Part shown: positions 13,301 through 25,168 of the stretch, one piece after another
Position numbering within the stretch: position 1 is the first letter of the stretch
How the letters are laid out: every line of letters begins with the position of its first letter
Assembly: GCA_020137815.1 (NCBI GenBank)
Contig: CM035351.1
Span: 6,138,001 to 6,202,000 of the forward strand
Length of the DNA stretch: 64,000 bases
Reading direction: 5' to 3'
Origin: Hormiphora californensis
Lineage: Eukaryota; Animalia; Ctenophora
Made by a program: the position numbers and the translations under genes
Notes under the pieces: model-generated
Told to the model about the DNA's origin: nothing
Databases searched by the model: none
What the model saw: the letters and a program-made list of their open reading frames with translations, nothing else

Positions 13301-15166
13301 CTACTATAGAAGGATGGAAAAGTATGAAAATGAAATCAACTGGAATGGATTTTTCGATTCTATTTACCGTCGGTTTCTTCACCAGTTTAGAGAACTATGT
13401 CTGAATCAAGGAGAAGACCACTCACTAGTGTTACCAACGATGTTCAACACCATAATAAGCCCACACTTTTTACGTCCCGCTTCGAATGGGGCGTATGAGT
13501 TGTACTTTAAAATTTGGTACGATCCTACGAATCCTTTGACAACCCCTAGAACAGCCTTCATGTACGCCAGTACAATGTCGGTGAGTATAGAATTTTGAAC
13601 TTGATGTCGTGAGTTCTGATAACAAAGCACAATATATGTTTCTGGATACTCAACAAATCCACAAAATCCTTATTTTTTACAGGGTGGGTCTCCGGAAGTT
13701 GATGATTTTCTGGAGTTTTCTGACTCAAAGTGGCCTAACAACCCGTATAACCCGTACTATAACGCACTCAAAGCAGTGAAAAGAGAAATGACCACAACAG
13801 GAAATCCTTTCGGAATGATGATGTCTATGTTCACGCAGAAACGGCTAGTGAATCATCAGTCAACGAAGATGAAGGAGAAAGCAAACGCTCTTCATAGAAA
13901 TAAAAAGTTTGATGAGGCGATAAAAATGTATACTGAAGCAATTGAGGAAGCGCACAAGGAATCCAGAAAAACTGAGTAAGAGAATTAAGCCCCTGAGTAA
14001 GAGCAGTAAGTCCCCTGCTACTACATAATATAAATCTCCTGCTAACCACTCTTTTCCCTTTCAGTTTAGACGATATTGACAGGATAGGAGACCTCACGAT
14101 TTTGTGTCTCAACAACAGGTACACTGGTACATTTCGACACATCTGAGTTATGAGTTCTGAGTTCTGAGTTATGACGACAATTTTCATTTAAGATTAATAT
14201 AAATTTATTGTGATAACAGGGCAGCATCACACCTGGAACTGGGGAATCTGTCTCGTGCTTTGGCGGACTGTACATTTGCAATCAACCATATGAAAACTAG
14301 CATACTGATAGAGGCCTCTGAACCACTCCCAAATACACCAGAAAATTATTCTGCCCTTCAAATAATGAAAGCCAAGGTACAAATAATACAAGCTATAATT
14401 AGTTTAGCTAAGTTCATACTCCTCGCATAATATGCCCAACTGTATGATTTCTGGTTGTTAATGTTTGAGTAATGTTAACAAAAACTATTTTCGAATCAGG
14501 AAGAACGTTTGCCGAAAACCAAATTTAGGCGAGTAAAAATTCTCGCGAAGATGGGAGAGTGGTCAGCGGCACTGAGATGTTGTTTAGATCTTTTGAAATT
14601 TCACCCGGATTGCCCTAAAGAATCGTTCAGCTACTACTACCACTGTTTGATCAAGTAAGACTTCAATTTATCCTATTATCAGTTTTTACGCAAATATACT
14701 GGACACTCAAAAACCCCCCGAGTATCCCGGTAAATCGGGGTTCAACTGTACCTATTATCCATCATAGGTACGTCAGTACAGTGCTTATGAGGGCTAACAG
14801 CAAAGCTGTTTTCCTGTTCCCCATCTTCTGTGTTTCCTGCCAGTCTTCAGGAACTTGGCATAATGCCACCACTGGAACTACAAAAGTCAGGTAAAGCTAG
14901 TGGGATGGGCAATGAGCATTCAGTATTCAGCAATGAGCATTGAGCATTCAGCATTGAGCATTGAGCATTAAGCATTCAGAAATTACATCATCATCTGTGG
15001 CTCAAATTAGTTTTTTATTCATTAGTTCATTCAAAAATTACCACCTTGTCATTCCAGGTGCAAGAAGTGCAAGCACCCGTACTGTTCTGAGTCCTGTTAC
15101 CAGTTTGATACAACACACAAGACCTACTGTGCACAACTGGCGAAGTTGAAGAAACACCTTGCATAG
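10389..15166 (+). CDS. Leader-MATH-like-TPR-MYND paralog 3 (apparently intact)
   Basis: Same leader exon. The exons I checked join in frame, apart from one non-canonical intron. MYND FCVSC...CKKCKHPYCSESC...HKTYC. TAG at 15164-15166. Confidence 0.85.
10990..11658 (+). mobile_element. Non-autonomous Helitron
   Basis: 5' A|TCATACTATTATTAAAG; 3' GC hairpin cgcccgtagggcg then CTAG|T; no TSD; absent from the homologous intron of paralog 2. Confidence 0.75.
14912..14978. repeat. 7-bp tandem repeat (gagcatt/cagcatt)
   Basis: Directly visible in an intron. Confidence 0.7.
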
Positions 15167-15469
15167 ACAATCACCAGTCACCAGACGATCACCAGATAGG
15201 GCACCAATATCCTTGAATAATTGTTTGTCTTTTTTGTCTTTTTGCTCGACTAGACAAAAAATTTAGGTCGGACCCTCCCCCACCAGATACCATCACACAA
15301 ACTGTATGACACTGTTTTTAAACTTATTTTTATTTTTAATATTTTAATTTAATCAAAGCACTGTAACTTAACAAAATAAACATAATTTTAATTCAATTTA
15401 TACTGTTTTACATTTCCATAGTTTAAAATAATGTGTTTCATTCCCGTTTTTAATACGATGCAGATGATG

Positions 15470-15564
15470 CAGTCGGACCCCGATTTACCGGGATTCTTAG
15501 GGATTCTCGGGATTCTCTGGTAAATCGGGGTCCGGTAAATCGGGGGTAAATCGGGGTCCGACTG
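15470..15564. mobile_element. Short copy of the CAGTCGGACCCC MITE
   Basis: cagtcggaccccgatttacc ... ggtaaatcggggtccgactg. Confidence 0.75.
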
Positions 15565-15572
15565 TTATACTG

Positions 15573-18093
15573 CTAAACGCTTTCCTTTTCATTCGGATAG
15601 TTGGTCCAACTGATGGGCAGGTTTCTGAAAATAGTAAATGATATTGTAATGACACGGCTTCTTCTTTGTCGAGGCTGTCCCAGCCTAGGTCATGAACCGG
15701 CTAGTAAGTATGTAGTAGGTCCCTGCTTATGCATATTGGAAGTTACACTTACTGTTGCCGTCGCCTCTCACTAACATCCGCAGCTTCGGCAGGGATTGGC
15801 ATAACTCGAGTTTCTACAAACGAAATTTGCATTATATTTTTATATCAGACCTAGTCAGTAGTCCGAACCCCCTTTAATTAAAGCCGCTATTCCTCACTCA
15901 CCCTGGTAAAAGGAAGACCAGTAAACCTCCGGTTCCAGCCATTGCAGCCGTTCCTAGTAGTTTTCCTGTTCCAGAAGACTTTGCTAAATATGGCCCAAAG
16001 AATGCCGCTGAAACAACATAATTCGGGTAAATACATCACCTCCTCGAAAAACTGAAATGATGGCTGATTTTGTAATTCTTCTATGTTCAGTCGGACCCCG
16101 ATTTACCGGGATGCTCGGGGGAATTTTTATGCCCGGTATATCGGGGTCCAGCTCCACTACCGAACCTGCTTTTGCTAGAAGGTGACACATGGACATAGCA
16201 TAGCCCCTAAGGCAGGTTGGGGTTAGCTCTCCGCTATACAAAAGCAACTGTGCGTATGCTATCGATATCCACACTGCAATGATGAGAGAGAGCAACCTCT
16301 CCAGGCTCCATACATCAGCCCATTGCCAGGGGGTGAGGCTCAACAAGAAGCAAACCGATGAAACCAGCAGTGAGGTGGACAGTGTGAGTTTCCGTCCAAA
16401 GAGTGAGATAAACAGTGCCAAGAGGACATATGCGATTGCTTCACTTAAACCTGCAAAGGAAACCAGATTGAGTATTGACATGGTCACGAGACGGTGGTGA
16501 TAGGAATAAGTACGGCCTGAAGTACCTGCAAAGAGGTAGCTGACGTAAGGGGTTGTTCCAAATGAGCTCCATCCGTAGTTTACTCCAGTAGTATAGAAGA
16601 CAACACGTGAACCACAGATATCCCTGAATCGCTAACTCTAATGCCATACCGGGGTGATTGATGTACTTTAGCATCTGATGAATGGATTCAGCAATTAGCT
16701 GTTAGTGAACTGTGATTTCATTCCTTGCTCGACCCTTCACCCTGTTTCACCTCGCCCCACACGGGGAAAATAAAAAGGCTTTGAACAAAACAAGTCATTC
16801 CATCCATACCTTAGATTTGATGGAAGTCCTTTTAGACCCCTTATTATAAGGAGAGCCTATCAGTTTAGTGTTATCCAGATTGATTTTCACATTTGTAATC
16901 CAGCCATACTTCTCCAGCACCACTTTAGCTTCTTCTTTCCTTGCCAATAGCCAACAGATACCTGGGAACCACTCAAATTTCAGGTTTACTCCAGGTGAAC
17001 TTTACAATACACAAATTCCTTTAGTTTTTTTTATGTCCTAATTACTAAAATCCCTAAAATCTCCAATATGAATGAGTATCAGCATATTACCTGGGAGAGT
17101 CAGGGTAGAAAGTTAGAGGAATATAGCAGAGCATAAAGACTATCCCACTGCCAGCATGGATGTATTGCCAGGTATGGATAAAGTATGACACTCCCACGAG
17201 GGCAGGATACCCAACGCACCACAGTAACACATAGCAAGTGTTATAGTAGTTCCGGAACTTCTCAGGCATGAACTCTAGCACCCAAATGTATGCACCAGCG
17301 TAGGCGAGGAAATTACCGAATCCCATGAGTAACCGTATGACCATTAGAAAGATGTAGCTGTGGCATACAGTTCCCAGGAAAGTTCCGGTAAGACAGGTTG
17401 CAGCACCGATCAAACATGCCCTTCTCCTGCCTATCTTATCGTATATGTATGACCCTGTGAGGGAAATTACGAATCATGGAGTTTTAATCTGTCCAGAAGG
17501 GTATTACGGCTCGAGCTCGGTCAATTTTTTAGGGGGATGCCGGATGGGTTGAAAAGGGCTTGCCGGGCCCCGAATCATACGTTTATTATCCTGCTTCTAA
17601 CCTATTATTAAACTGATAGAACCGCCAATAAAGAAGAAAGACTCCAGCAGAGAGACTTTGTCCTTGTCGCAGACCAAGTTCCATTCTAAAGTTAGTGATG
17701 TTCTGGATGTGTGCCAGGTGTAGTCTTCTCCGTAGACCAGACCCTCCTCGCAGATCTTCGGGATGTCCGTCAGATACTCTGAGATGATGAGATTGAGATT
17801 TACAATATGAATAATTGGACTAAAAAAGTCTTAGTAAGGGAACTGGAGGAAGGTTGATTAATTCCGCCGCCCATCTTATTACTTGTTTCGTTGAGTGCAT
17901 CTGAGCAGTGTGGAGTTATGCAAGTGACGGGTTCCCAGGGAGTAAAGCCAGTGAACTGGACCATGTAAGCACACAGTACGCCCACCATTGAGAGTGACAT
18001 GGCCCAGGTTGCCAGGGCGACCATCAGGAAGTTAGGACGGTCACCAACTGTGTTAATAATGTCATCAATAGTTCGCTCCTCCGTGGTTACCAT
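15573..18093 (-). CDS. SLC22/organic cation transporter-like MFS transporter (multi-exon)
   Basis: MVTTEERTIDDIINTVG..., TLEWNLVCDK, DKIGRR, RLLMGFG, LEFMPEKFR, PDSPR, FGRKLTL, YSGELTPTCLRG, LPETR. Stop at 15573-15575. Confidence 0.85.
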
Positions 18094-18130
18094 GTTAACT
18101 AACTTCCCCAAGGAGTGGTTCCTTGATATA

Positions 18131-18716
18131 CAGTCGGACCCCGATTTACCGGGCCCCGATTTACCTTGGTGACGCGGTCACCCCTCCACAAGGGCCGCGC
18201 GAAGCGCGGCAACGAAGCTCGCGATAATAGGGGATGTCATCACCAACGATTTACCGGAACCCCGATTTTTTTTTGGAAAATTTTCGGAGTTTTGCCGGTT
18301 GGTAAACTTGCATTTGCAATTCGCTAGGTCTAATGGGGATCACGTATCGGTTCGTTTCAAACCTTCTAATTAGCGGCAGGACACGTGATAAGATGTACCG
18401 ATTCGAAACACGATTCGAACGTGTCTGGTATACCTTAGAAAACTTTCATAACTTTTTTGCAAAATTTTACAGAATGATTGTCAATGCTTTGATCGATGCT
18501 CCCCGTAAATTTTCAGAGTAAAAGTTATTTTGAAATTTTGATACTTCCTCACCCGCTTAGGGTGCCCAGATTCGGCATGGTATCACGTATCGGTTCGTTT
18601 CGAACCTTCTTATTAGCAGCAGGACACGTGATAAGATGTACCGATTCGAAAGACGATTCGAACGTGTCTGGTATACCTTAGAAAACTTTCATAACTTTTT
18701 TGCAAAATTTTACAGC
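18131..18716. mobile_element. CAGTCGGACCCC-family element, right end missing
   Basis: TA plus left TIR; about 300 bp nearly identical to 19730-20060. Confidence 0.8.
18166..18246. mobile_element. 81-bp mini element nested in the transposon end
   Basis: Ends ttggtga...tcaccaa; 9-bp TSD cgatttacc (18157-18165 and 18247-18255); internal hairpin gccgcgcgaagcgcggc. Confidence 0.7.
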
Positions 18717-19113
18717 ATCCATTTATACCCACAATGCACAGATTTTGCTGTAGAGCAATTTTATCGCAATGGTCCTTCTGGTACTCCCCGTTCATCCACT
18801 AAGTTTTGTGAGAAAACACGGTGCGCCACTCTATGTTAAACTATTCATACTAGATAGCTTTTAAACTTTAAACGCATCTATTGTTCATTGACTCAATTTG
18901 ACTAATATGGATAAAAAGTGACTTACAGCCGGCTTTACAAGTACACACTTCGCACCAGAAGTCCAAGGTATCACCATCTCTCATACTCAAAGCACTACAC
19001 GGAATGGGCCCTACAGTTTCACTGATGATGTCCATCCATATATCATGCTTTCTACCACAGACCACCAGAGGCACAAAACTAGCCAGCAAGACCACAACTG
19101 CAACTCCCTTCAT
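18716..19113 (-). CDS. Small secreted Cys-rich peptide (pacifastin/VWC-like spacing), probably 3'-disrupted
   Basis: Signal peptide MKGVAVVVLLASFVPLVVCG, then PC..GDTLDFWCEVCTCKAG, then a gtaagt donor at about 18926. The candidate second exon LDERGVPEGPLR*NCSTAKSVHC contains a stop and abuts the transposon. Confidence 0.5.
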
Positions 19114-19338
19114 GATTTATTATAACGTATTAGAACAACAAACTATTGGAATTAAAGAATGAATTAATAAGGAATATTTTTATACCGAGCTGATGCTGAA
19201 TGCATAATTCGATTTGGATAAAATATCTCAAAAGTATATGTTTCCGGGTATCCCGGAAATACCCGGATACCCGGAAATATAAAAATATCGATTTATTTAT
19301 TTAATAGTATGACAAGGACAGATTTGAAACTTTTCTTT

Positions 19339-19441
19339 GTCACCTTATCTGCATTTCTCTGTCACCCTATCTGTATTTCTCTGTCACCCTATCTGTACTT
19401 CTCTGTACACCCTATCTGCATTTCGCTGTCACCTTATCTGT
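19339..19441. repeat. 21-bp tandem repeat (tgtcaccctatctgcatttctc-like), ~5 units
   Basis: Directly visible. Confidence 0.75.
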
Positions 19442-19666
19442 GAAATGGATGCTTTCATCGTTTTCAGCGTCAAAAAATAGTCGGGGTACCAAATTTTGGT
19501 GTCTCTACCTTGTCTGTGACGCGAGATATTGACAAATATCAAAACCGACCAAAGTGAGAGAAAGAGATTTTGTTACTGCAGTTGGGTGGCGCGCACAAAC
19601 AACTAGCAACCAAAGATAACAAACTCTCTTTCTCCCATTTTTGGTCGTTTTTTGTAATTGTCGATA

Positions 19667-20398
19667 CAGTCGGACCCCGATTTACCAGAACCCCGATTTA
19701 CCGGGAGGATTTCTTTCCCCCGATTTTTTATTGGAAAATTTTCGAAGTTTTGCCGGTTGGTAAACTTGCATTTGCAATTCGCTAGGTCTAATGGGGATCA
19801 CGTATCGGTTCGTTTCAAACCTTCTAATTAGCGGCAGGACACGTGATAAGATGTACCGATTCGAAACACGATTCGAACGTGTCTGGTATACCTTAGAAAA
19901 CTTTCATAACTTTTTTGCAAAATTTTACAGAATGATTGTCAATGCTTTGATCGATGCTCCCCGTAAATTTTCAGAGTAAAAGTTATTTTGAAATGTTGAT
20001 ACTTCCTCACCCCGCTTAGGGTGCCCAGATTCGGCATGGTATCACGTATCGGTTCGTTTCGAACCGTCTAATTAGCGGCAGAACATGCGATAAGATGCAC
20101 CGATTCGAAACTCGATTCGGACTCGGTCGGGGTGGTTTACCTTAGAAAAAGTTTTTACAATTTTTTTTTGAATTTTTTAAATTTTCTATTTCTAATGACA
20201 GAAGCAATGATCATATTGTCATCAATAAATGTATACTATACAGTTAGAGGTGTCTTGGTATAGAATTTTGGACAAAAGTAGGATTTATGGGTAGGGTTTA
20301 TGGGTCAAATATAATGCTCTACCCCGATATACCGGGCACCCCGATTTACCGGGCAAAATGGCTTCCCCCGAGGATCCCGGTAAATCGGGGTCCGACTG
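19667..20398. mobile_element. Complete CAGTCGGACCCC-family element
   Basis: Both TIRs present; TA flanks. Confidence 0.85.
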
Positions 20399-20629
20399 TA
20401 CATAATGCAATAATTCTTGTTAACTGTAGTGTGTATCTTTATTTGTTGTATCAGCCATTGTCACTATTGAGAACGTTGTGCTCTAATATATGTAAAACAT
20501 TCAATAAGGTACCTCAAACTTAGCGCCATAGTTACCCATACCCGGGTGGTATGAGGTTTGCTCAGCGTGTGGCTAAGTGACCCAAAAAAAACAAAAAAAA
20601 ACCTCAAACTTCCCCTTTCATTAGCAACC

Positions 20630-23600
20630 ATGAAAAAGAAACGACTTCTAGTTCAGGATCAACTTGACTCCAAAACCATTGTTGACTCCTTCTCAAGATT
20701 TCTAAGGCGTAAAATAGGTAAAGTGTAAATACAGGTTTCTTGTTTAGTATTCTTCAGATCAACATTTTATTCTCCAGCAACTTAGTTAAACGCGTTTCAG
20801 AGCCCTGGAATGTTGAACCTGTTAGTCGACAGATCCACATTTCTCTGGACCAGTTCAAAAATAGAAAGAAACTCTACTTCGGACCACTGCTTCGTTGTGC
20901 CAATCACACATGGTAAATTCCAACGACGCATCACGTCTGAAAGAATATTACTGAAAATACGTTTCTAATCGTTATTCAATCATTTTTAGGAGTGTAACGC
21001 TTAATCCGTCACGAGCATTCACGAATCGAAAGTCGTTTGATCTAAAACTGGAGTGTGTGTTGCCTACAGAGATTTTCAATGTATCAAGTGCAGACATGGA
21101 AGGAACCCTGGCAATATATTCTTCCTATCGAACAAAAACCGTAAAATCCTTTAAAGGCACTTCAGTGGAGTTTAGTGATCTTGTTACAGAGAAGGTTGGT
21201 TAATATTCTGGTGATCCTTTGAACTTGCCAACTCAACATGAACTTCACCACCTATCTATAATCACCTATCTAATCCATGTTTCAGATGTTTACTGATGCT
21301 GGAGAGAATGTGCTGGTGTATAAATTTGAATTGGACTTGGACGATAACCACTGGGATTGTAGTGTAAGGCCATGTCTAATTGGAAATGAACAATGGATAT
21401 TAGTCTTTAATGTTGACTTTTCGTAACAGAGATTCTTCCACTAGGGTCAGGAGTCCTACTTTATTAAATACATTGGGAGAAAGAATCTGCAGGAACAGTG
21501 GAGTAAAAATGGAACTTTTCGGAAAGGAATGGAAGAGGAGAATAGGAAAGTATGACAATGAACGATCTTTCTGTTGTATTTGCCCAGTACCTTTCCTCCC
21601 TCCTGTCAGAGGTACATGATAGATAGGATATTATAATTGGGCCGGGAACTTCCTTGTAGACTAGCAAAATGAAAACTATTTAATCACTTCTCTGCAGGGG
21701 GTTTTGAATGCTTGCAACTACTACGACTGGACGCTGGTGTTGACCACTTTTGTGGAGTTTCTCGAGAACTCTAATGATAGGAAGTTTGTCACAGACGCAT
21801 CTGTTGCTATTGCGGACGCAGGCATCCCCTCTTTGGTAAGCATTACACAGTTACAACCCATCAACAAATTCAAATGTTCTACATAAGTGTGCGGTGTGTG
21901 ACTTCTCATTCTGTTTTATTTCAGATCGCGAAGTTGTTTGGTGCAGATTTTAGTGAAGGTCGCCATCAAGCAGATGAGAATGCCGATATTGACAGCATTG
22001 ACGTACCGTATCTACTTCGCTGCTTAAACTTCTTGTTTACGTTTCAAGATCCGCCATACAGTACAGCGCATAATAAAGCATTCGATATGGCCATCGCCAA
22101 TATAGTGGACAAGTTCTCGGACAAAGGATACAATCTAGTGTAAGACAATGTTTGACCGACCCCCCAACCCCCCCCCCCCCCCCCCCCCCCGGAAAACTAG
22201 TTTAACTTTTTGATCATGATGGTGGCCAAACTTATCCCCTTCTGATAAGTGTAAGTTGTAATCCTGCAAGTGAGTTGGCCCCTTTCAATCAATATTTTGA
22301 TCTAATAATAACTAACATCTCATCTCATCACAGGGTTCTTAGTACTCTAGCGTCTGTTATCCTGCCGAGGATTGTAGTGGAGCGAGGGAAGGGGTTGGAA
22401 ACTTGTCCTGAACAACTGTTGCCATCACTACGGGTGATTTATAAAAATATGGAGATATTACTACCCTTCCTTGATGTCCGAAATATACTTGATATACTGG
22501 GTAAAAATTATTTATGAGAAACTTATTTTAAACTTCCTCGTCATACCCTCGTCATACCCTCGTATGACGAGGAAGTTTAGTTTTCTCTGTAAGACTGAAT
22601 AAGATGTCTATACTGGTTGTTTTGAAGTACAAAATTATTGTAGTAATTCTTATGATTCCTCCTCAGCGTGTACGTTTTATCGTTATGGAACGGGACCTAA
22701 TTTGGTACATTTTGGTCGATACTTTTACAACCTAGCGGATTGTTACACTGGAAACTACGACATAGGTAACATAATATCTAGATCTCATTTAAACAAATCG
22801 CCCATATATTCTGAATCGTTGCCTAGCTAGACTGTCTTGACTGTTTGAACAAAACAACTGAATCGTTATTTTTCAGATCCTTCTGTGAGACTCCCGAGAT
22901 CTACTGAGAGAAAGTTCCTACAGACGATGAAACAAAACCTATCCAACCCTTTTTACTTACCGAGTGCGCCAATAGTCCCAAATTACCTCTCAATCCTGCC
23001 AGAACGGTTCCAGATTAATACTCGGAAAGATATGTTTCACTTCGCCGCTACCAACCCGGTTAGTCGACCTAGTCATACCATGCATGTTTGGGGAACTGAT
23101 GAAGAGGAATCAATATACAGTCGGACCCCGATTTAGGGCCCCCCGATTTAGTGGCACCCCGATTTAGGGACAGGATTTTTTCCCCCGATATAGGTAATTA
23201 ACCTTATTTAACCCCGATTTAGTGGACACCCCGATTTAGTGGACAAGAGCCTTTCCCCCGAGGGTGTCCCTTAATCGGGGTCCGACTGTATATATCTCGA
23301 TTTGCCTTTCCTTCCACTTTATATATCGAGCATATTTTACCAGGAAGGAGTCCACGTGGTAGCCATGCTAACACAAAACCACGACCACAATGATGACCAA
23401 GTTAACGATGAATTCTATCAGTCTTTAAATCTTCTGGTAATGCTCAGTCTCGTGCCCGAACGCCTGATCCCATTAAGAACAGATATGGAAACCTCTCTAA
23501 GCATACTGAAAGAGCGGGGAAATACCGCCCATAGGAAGGGAGACTTCGACAAGGCGGTTTGCTTTTACACTAATGTTATTGTCGTTTGTTTCCTCAGAAT

Positions 23601-24603
23601 ACAACCACTTGAGGACACCAGGTAAACATGACAAACTGCTTGGCAACCAAACTCCATTCGATTAAAGTGAACTCTCTAACACCGTACTTTTCAGTAATAA
23701 CCCCATGCTGATGGACCTCTTTGACTTATTGACAATCTGTATTAATAACAGGTAAGTAACACCTATTTTCTCAAGGTTACCTTGGTAACACCTTTTCCTT
23801 ATCAGAGCAGCGACCAGGTTGGAACAAGGAAAATACCACAGAGCTCTGGCTGATTCGTGTTTTGTAATCAGTCAGCTCTTCAGTATCCATACCGGTACAA
23901 AAACTCGCTCTCCTTTTGACCCAGTTATGTTTGGGGACAAACTCAATGATTTGGTGAGTTTCATCAGTTACAAGTAAGCTTGAAATAATGCTAGACTGAT
24001 GATAATTGAGGTCTGTTTTTCAGGATAAAAGGATGGTAAAGGCCAAAGTTAGGCGGGTTAAGATTCTACTTCTGATGAAAGAGTGGGGATGTGCTCTGAA
24101 TTGCTGCTTGTCTTTATTTGTTTTTGAACCTTCTCTGTTCACAATGGACACGCCGATACTAGAATACTACTATCAAAGTCTTGTAAGGTGAGTACGCATT
24201 CGGCTTCAATACACACCCGTATATGTTCATTCTCTATAAAGCTGGAGATCCAACCGATCCTTATACTTAAATTTGAATTTCGAATATGCTCTTCTTAAAT
24301 GTTTTTATTACTGCTTTACCATTTTCTAGGTATAGCAAGAGTGTGGGATATCTAAGTTTCCCGCCGTTTTGTATCATATGTCAGACGATTGAAAGCCCCG
24401 AAGATCACAGGGAATTTACACATTTTGTCAGGTATCGCCTTAGCAATTACATCGTATGACCGACTGCAACCCACTCTATTTCAACTTTCCTTTCTAGATG
24501 TAAGAAGTGTGGGCATCTCTACTGCTCGGAGGCTTGCTACGAGAAAGATTCGCAACACTCCAAATATTGTCCCTCACTTACAAAAATCAAACGAAAGATC
24601 TAG
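20630..24603 (+). CDS. Leader-MATH-like-TPR-MYND paralog 4 (two +1 shifts near 21524 and 21561)
   Basis: MKKKRLLVQDQLDSKTIVDSFSRFLRR; LYFGPLLRCANHTWSVTLNPS..FDLKLEC; LFGADFSEG; KERGNTAHRKGDFDKAVCFYT; FCIIC...CKKCGHLYCSEAC..HSKYC. TAG at 24601-24603. Confidence 0.8.
23118..23288. mobile_element. Short CAGTCGGACCCC MITE
   Basis: TIRs with TA flanks, intronic. Confidence 0.8.
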
Positions 24604-25168
24604 TAATATCAGGAACGGATTTTGGAGAAAGGAATAACGTTCAAGTCTACTACTCGCTGTTACAGCTACTGTAGCTGTCTGGTGTTTAATCTCTGGCGAC
24701 CATTTATTTCATTATTCAAAATATAATCCTTTGATAATTTTTCGCTCGAAATCTGCTGATTGACTGCGAATTAGGACTCCTGTCATGTCTTTCTCAAATT
24801 CATTTTATTTATTTTTTCCATGTCTGTTTTAGTCATATCACTAATTCATTAACCAACTCATTTCGGCATTATGAGACTAGTATTTATTATACTTTTTTCT
24901 TTGGGTTTTCTGGTATATATTTTTTCTTTATTATTATTATTATTATTAGTTTTAAGTTTATACATATATGTACTTAGCTTTATAGTGTATACTACTTGGA
25001 GATGCCAAAAGTAGAATTTTATACAATATGCATGTGACAATGAGTTAATTTAGCTATGAGAGATATATATTTAATATTTATCATTCGTTCTTTTACTTTC
25101 CAGCTTGTAAAAGTATCTGTGCAGTAACTTCGTACCTCATTATCATTCATCGAATATTGCAGTTAGCC

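Noticed and set aside
16088-16150. MITE exonised in the SLC22 ORF (DPDIPG..PVNRGPT)
   Set aside because: GT-AG sites remove it and give the expected AKAAAFFGPYL transporter sequence.
22527-22580. Intronic hairpin as a miRNA or other ncRNA
   Set aside because: Looks like a tiny foldback with an internal duplication; no supporting evidence.
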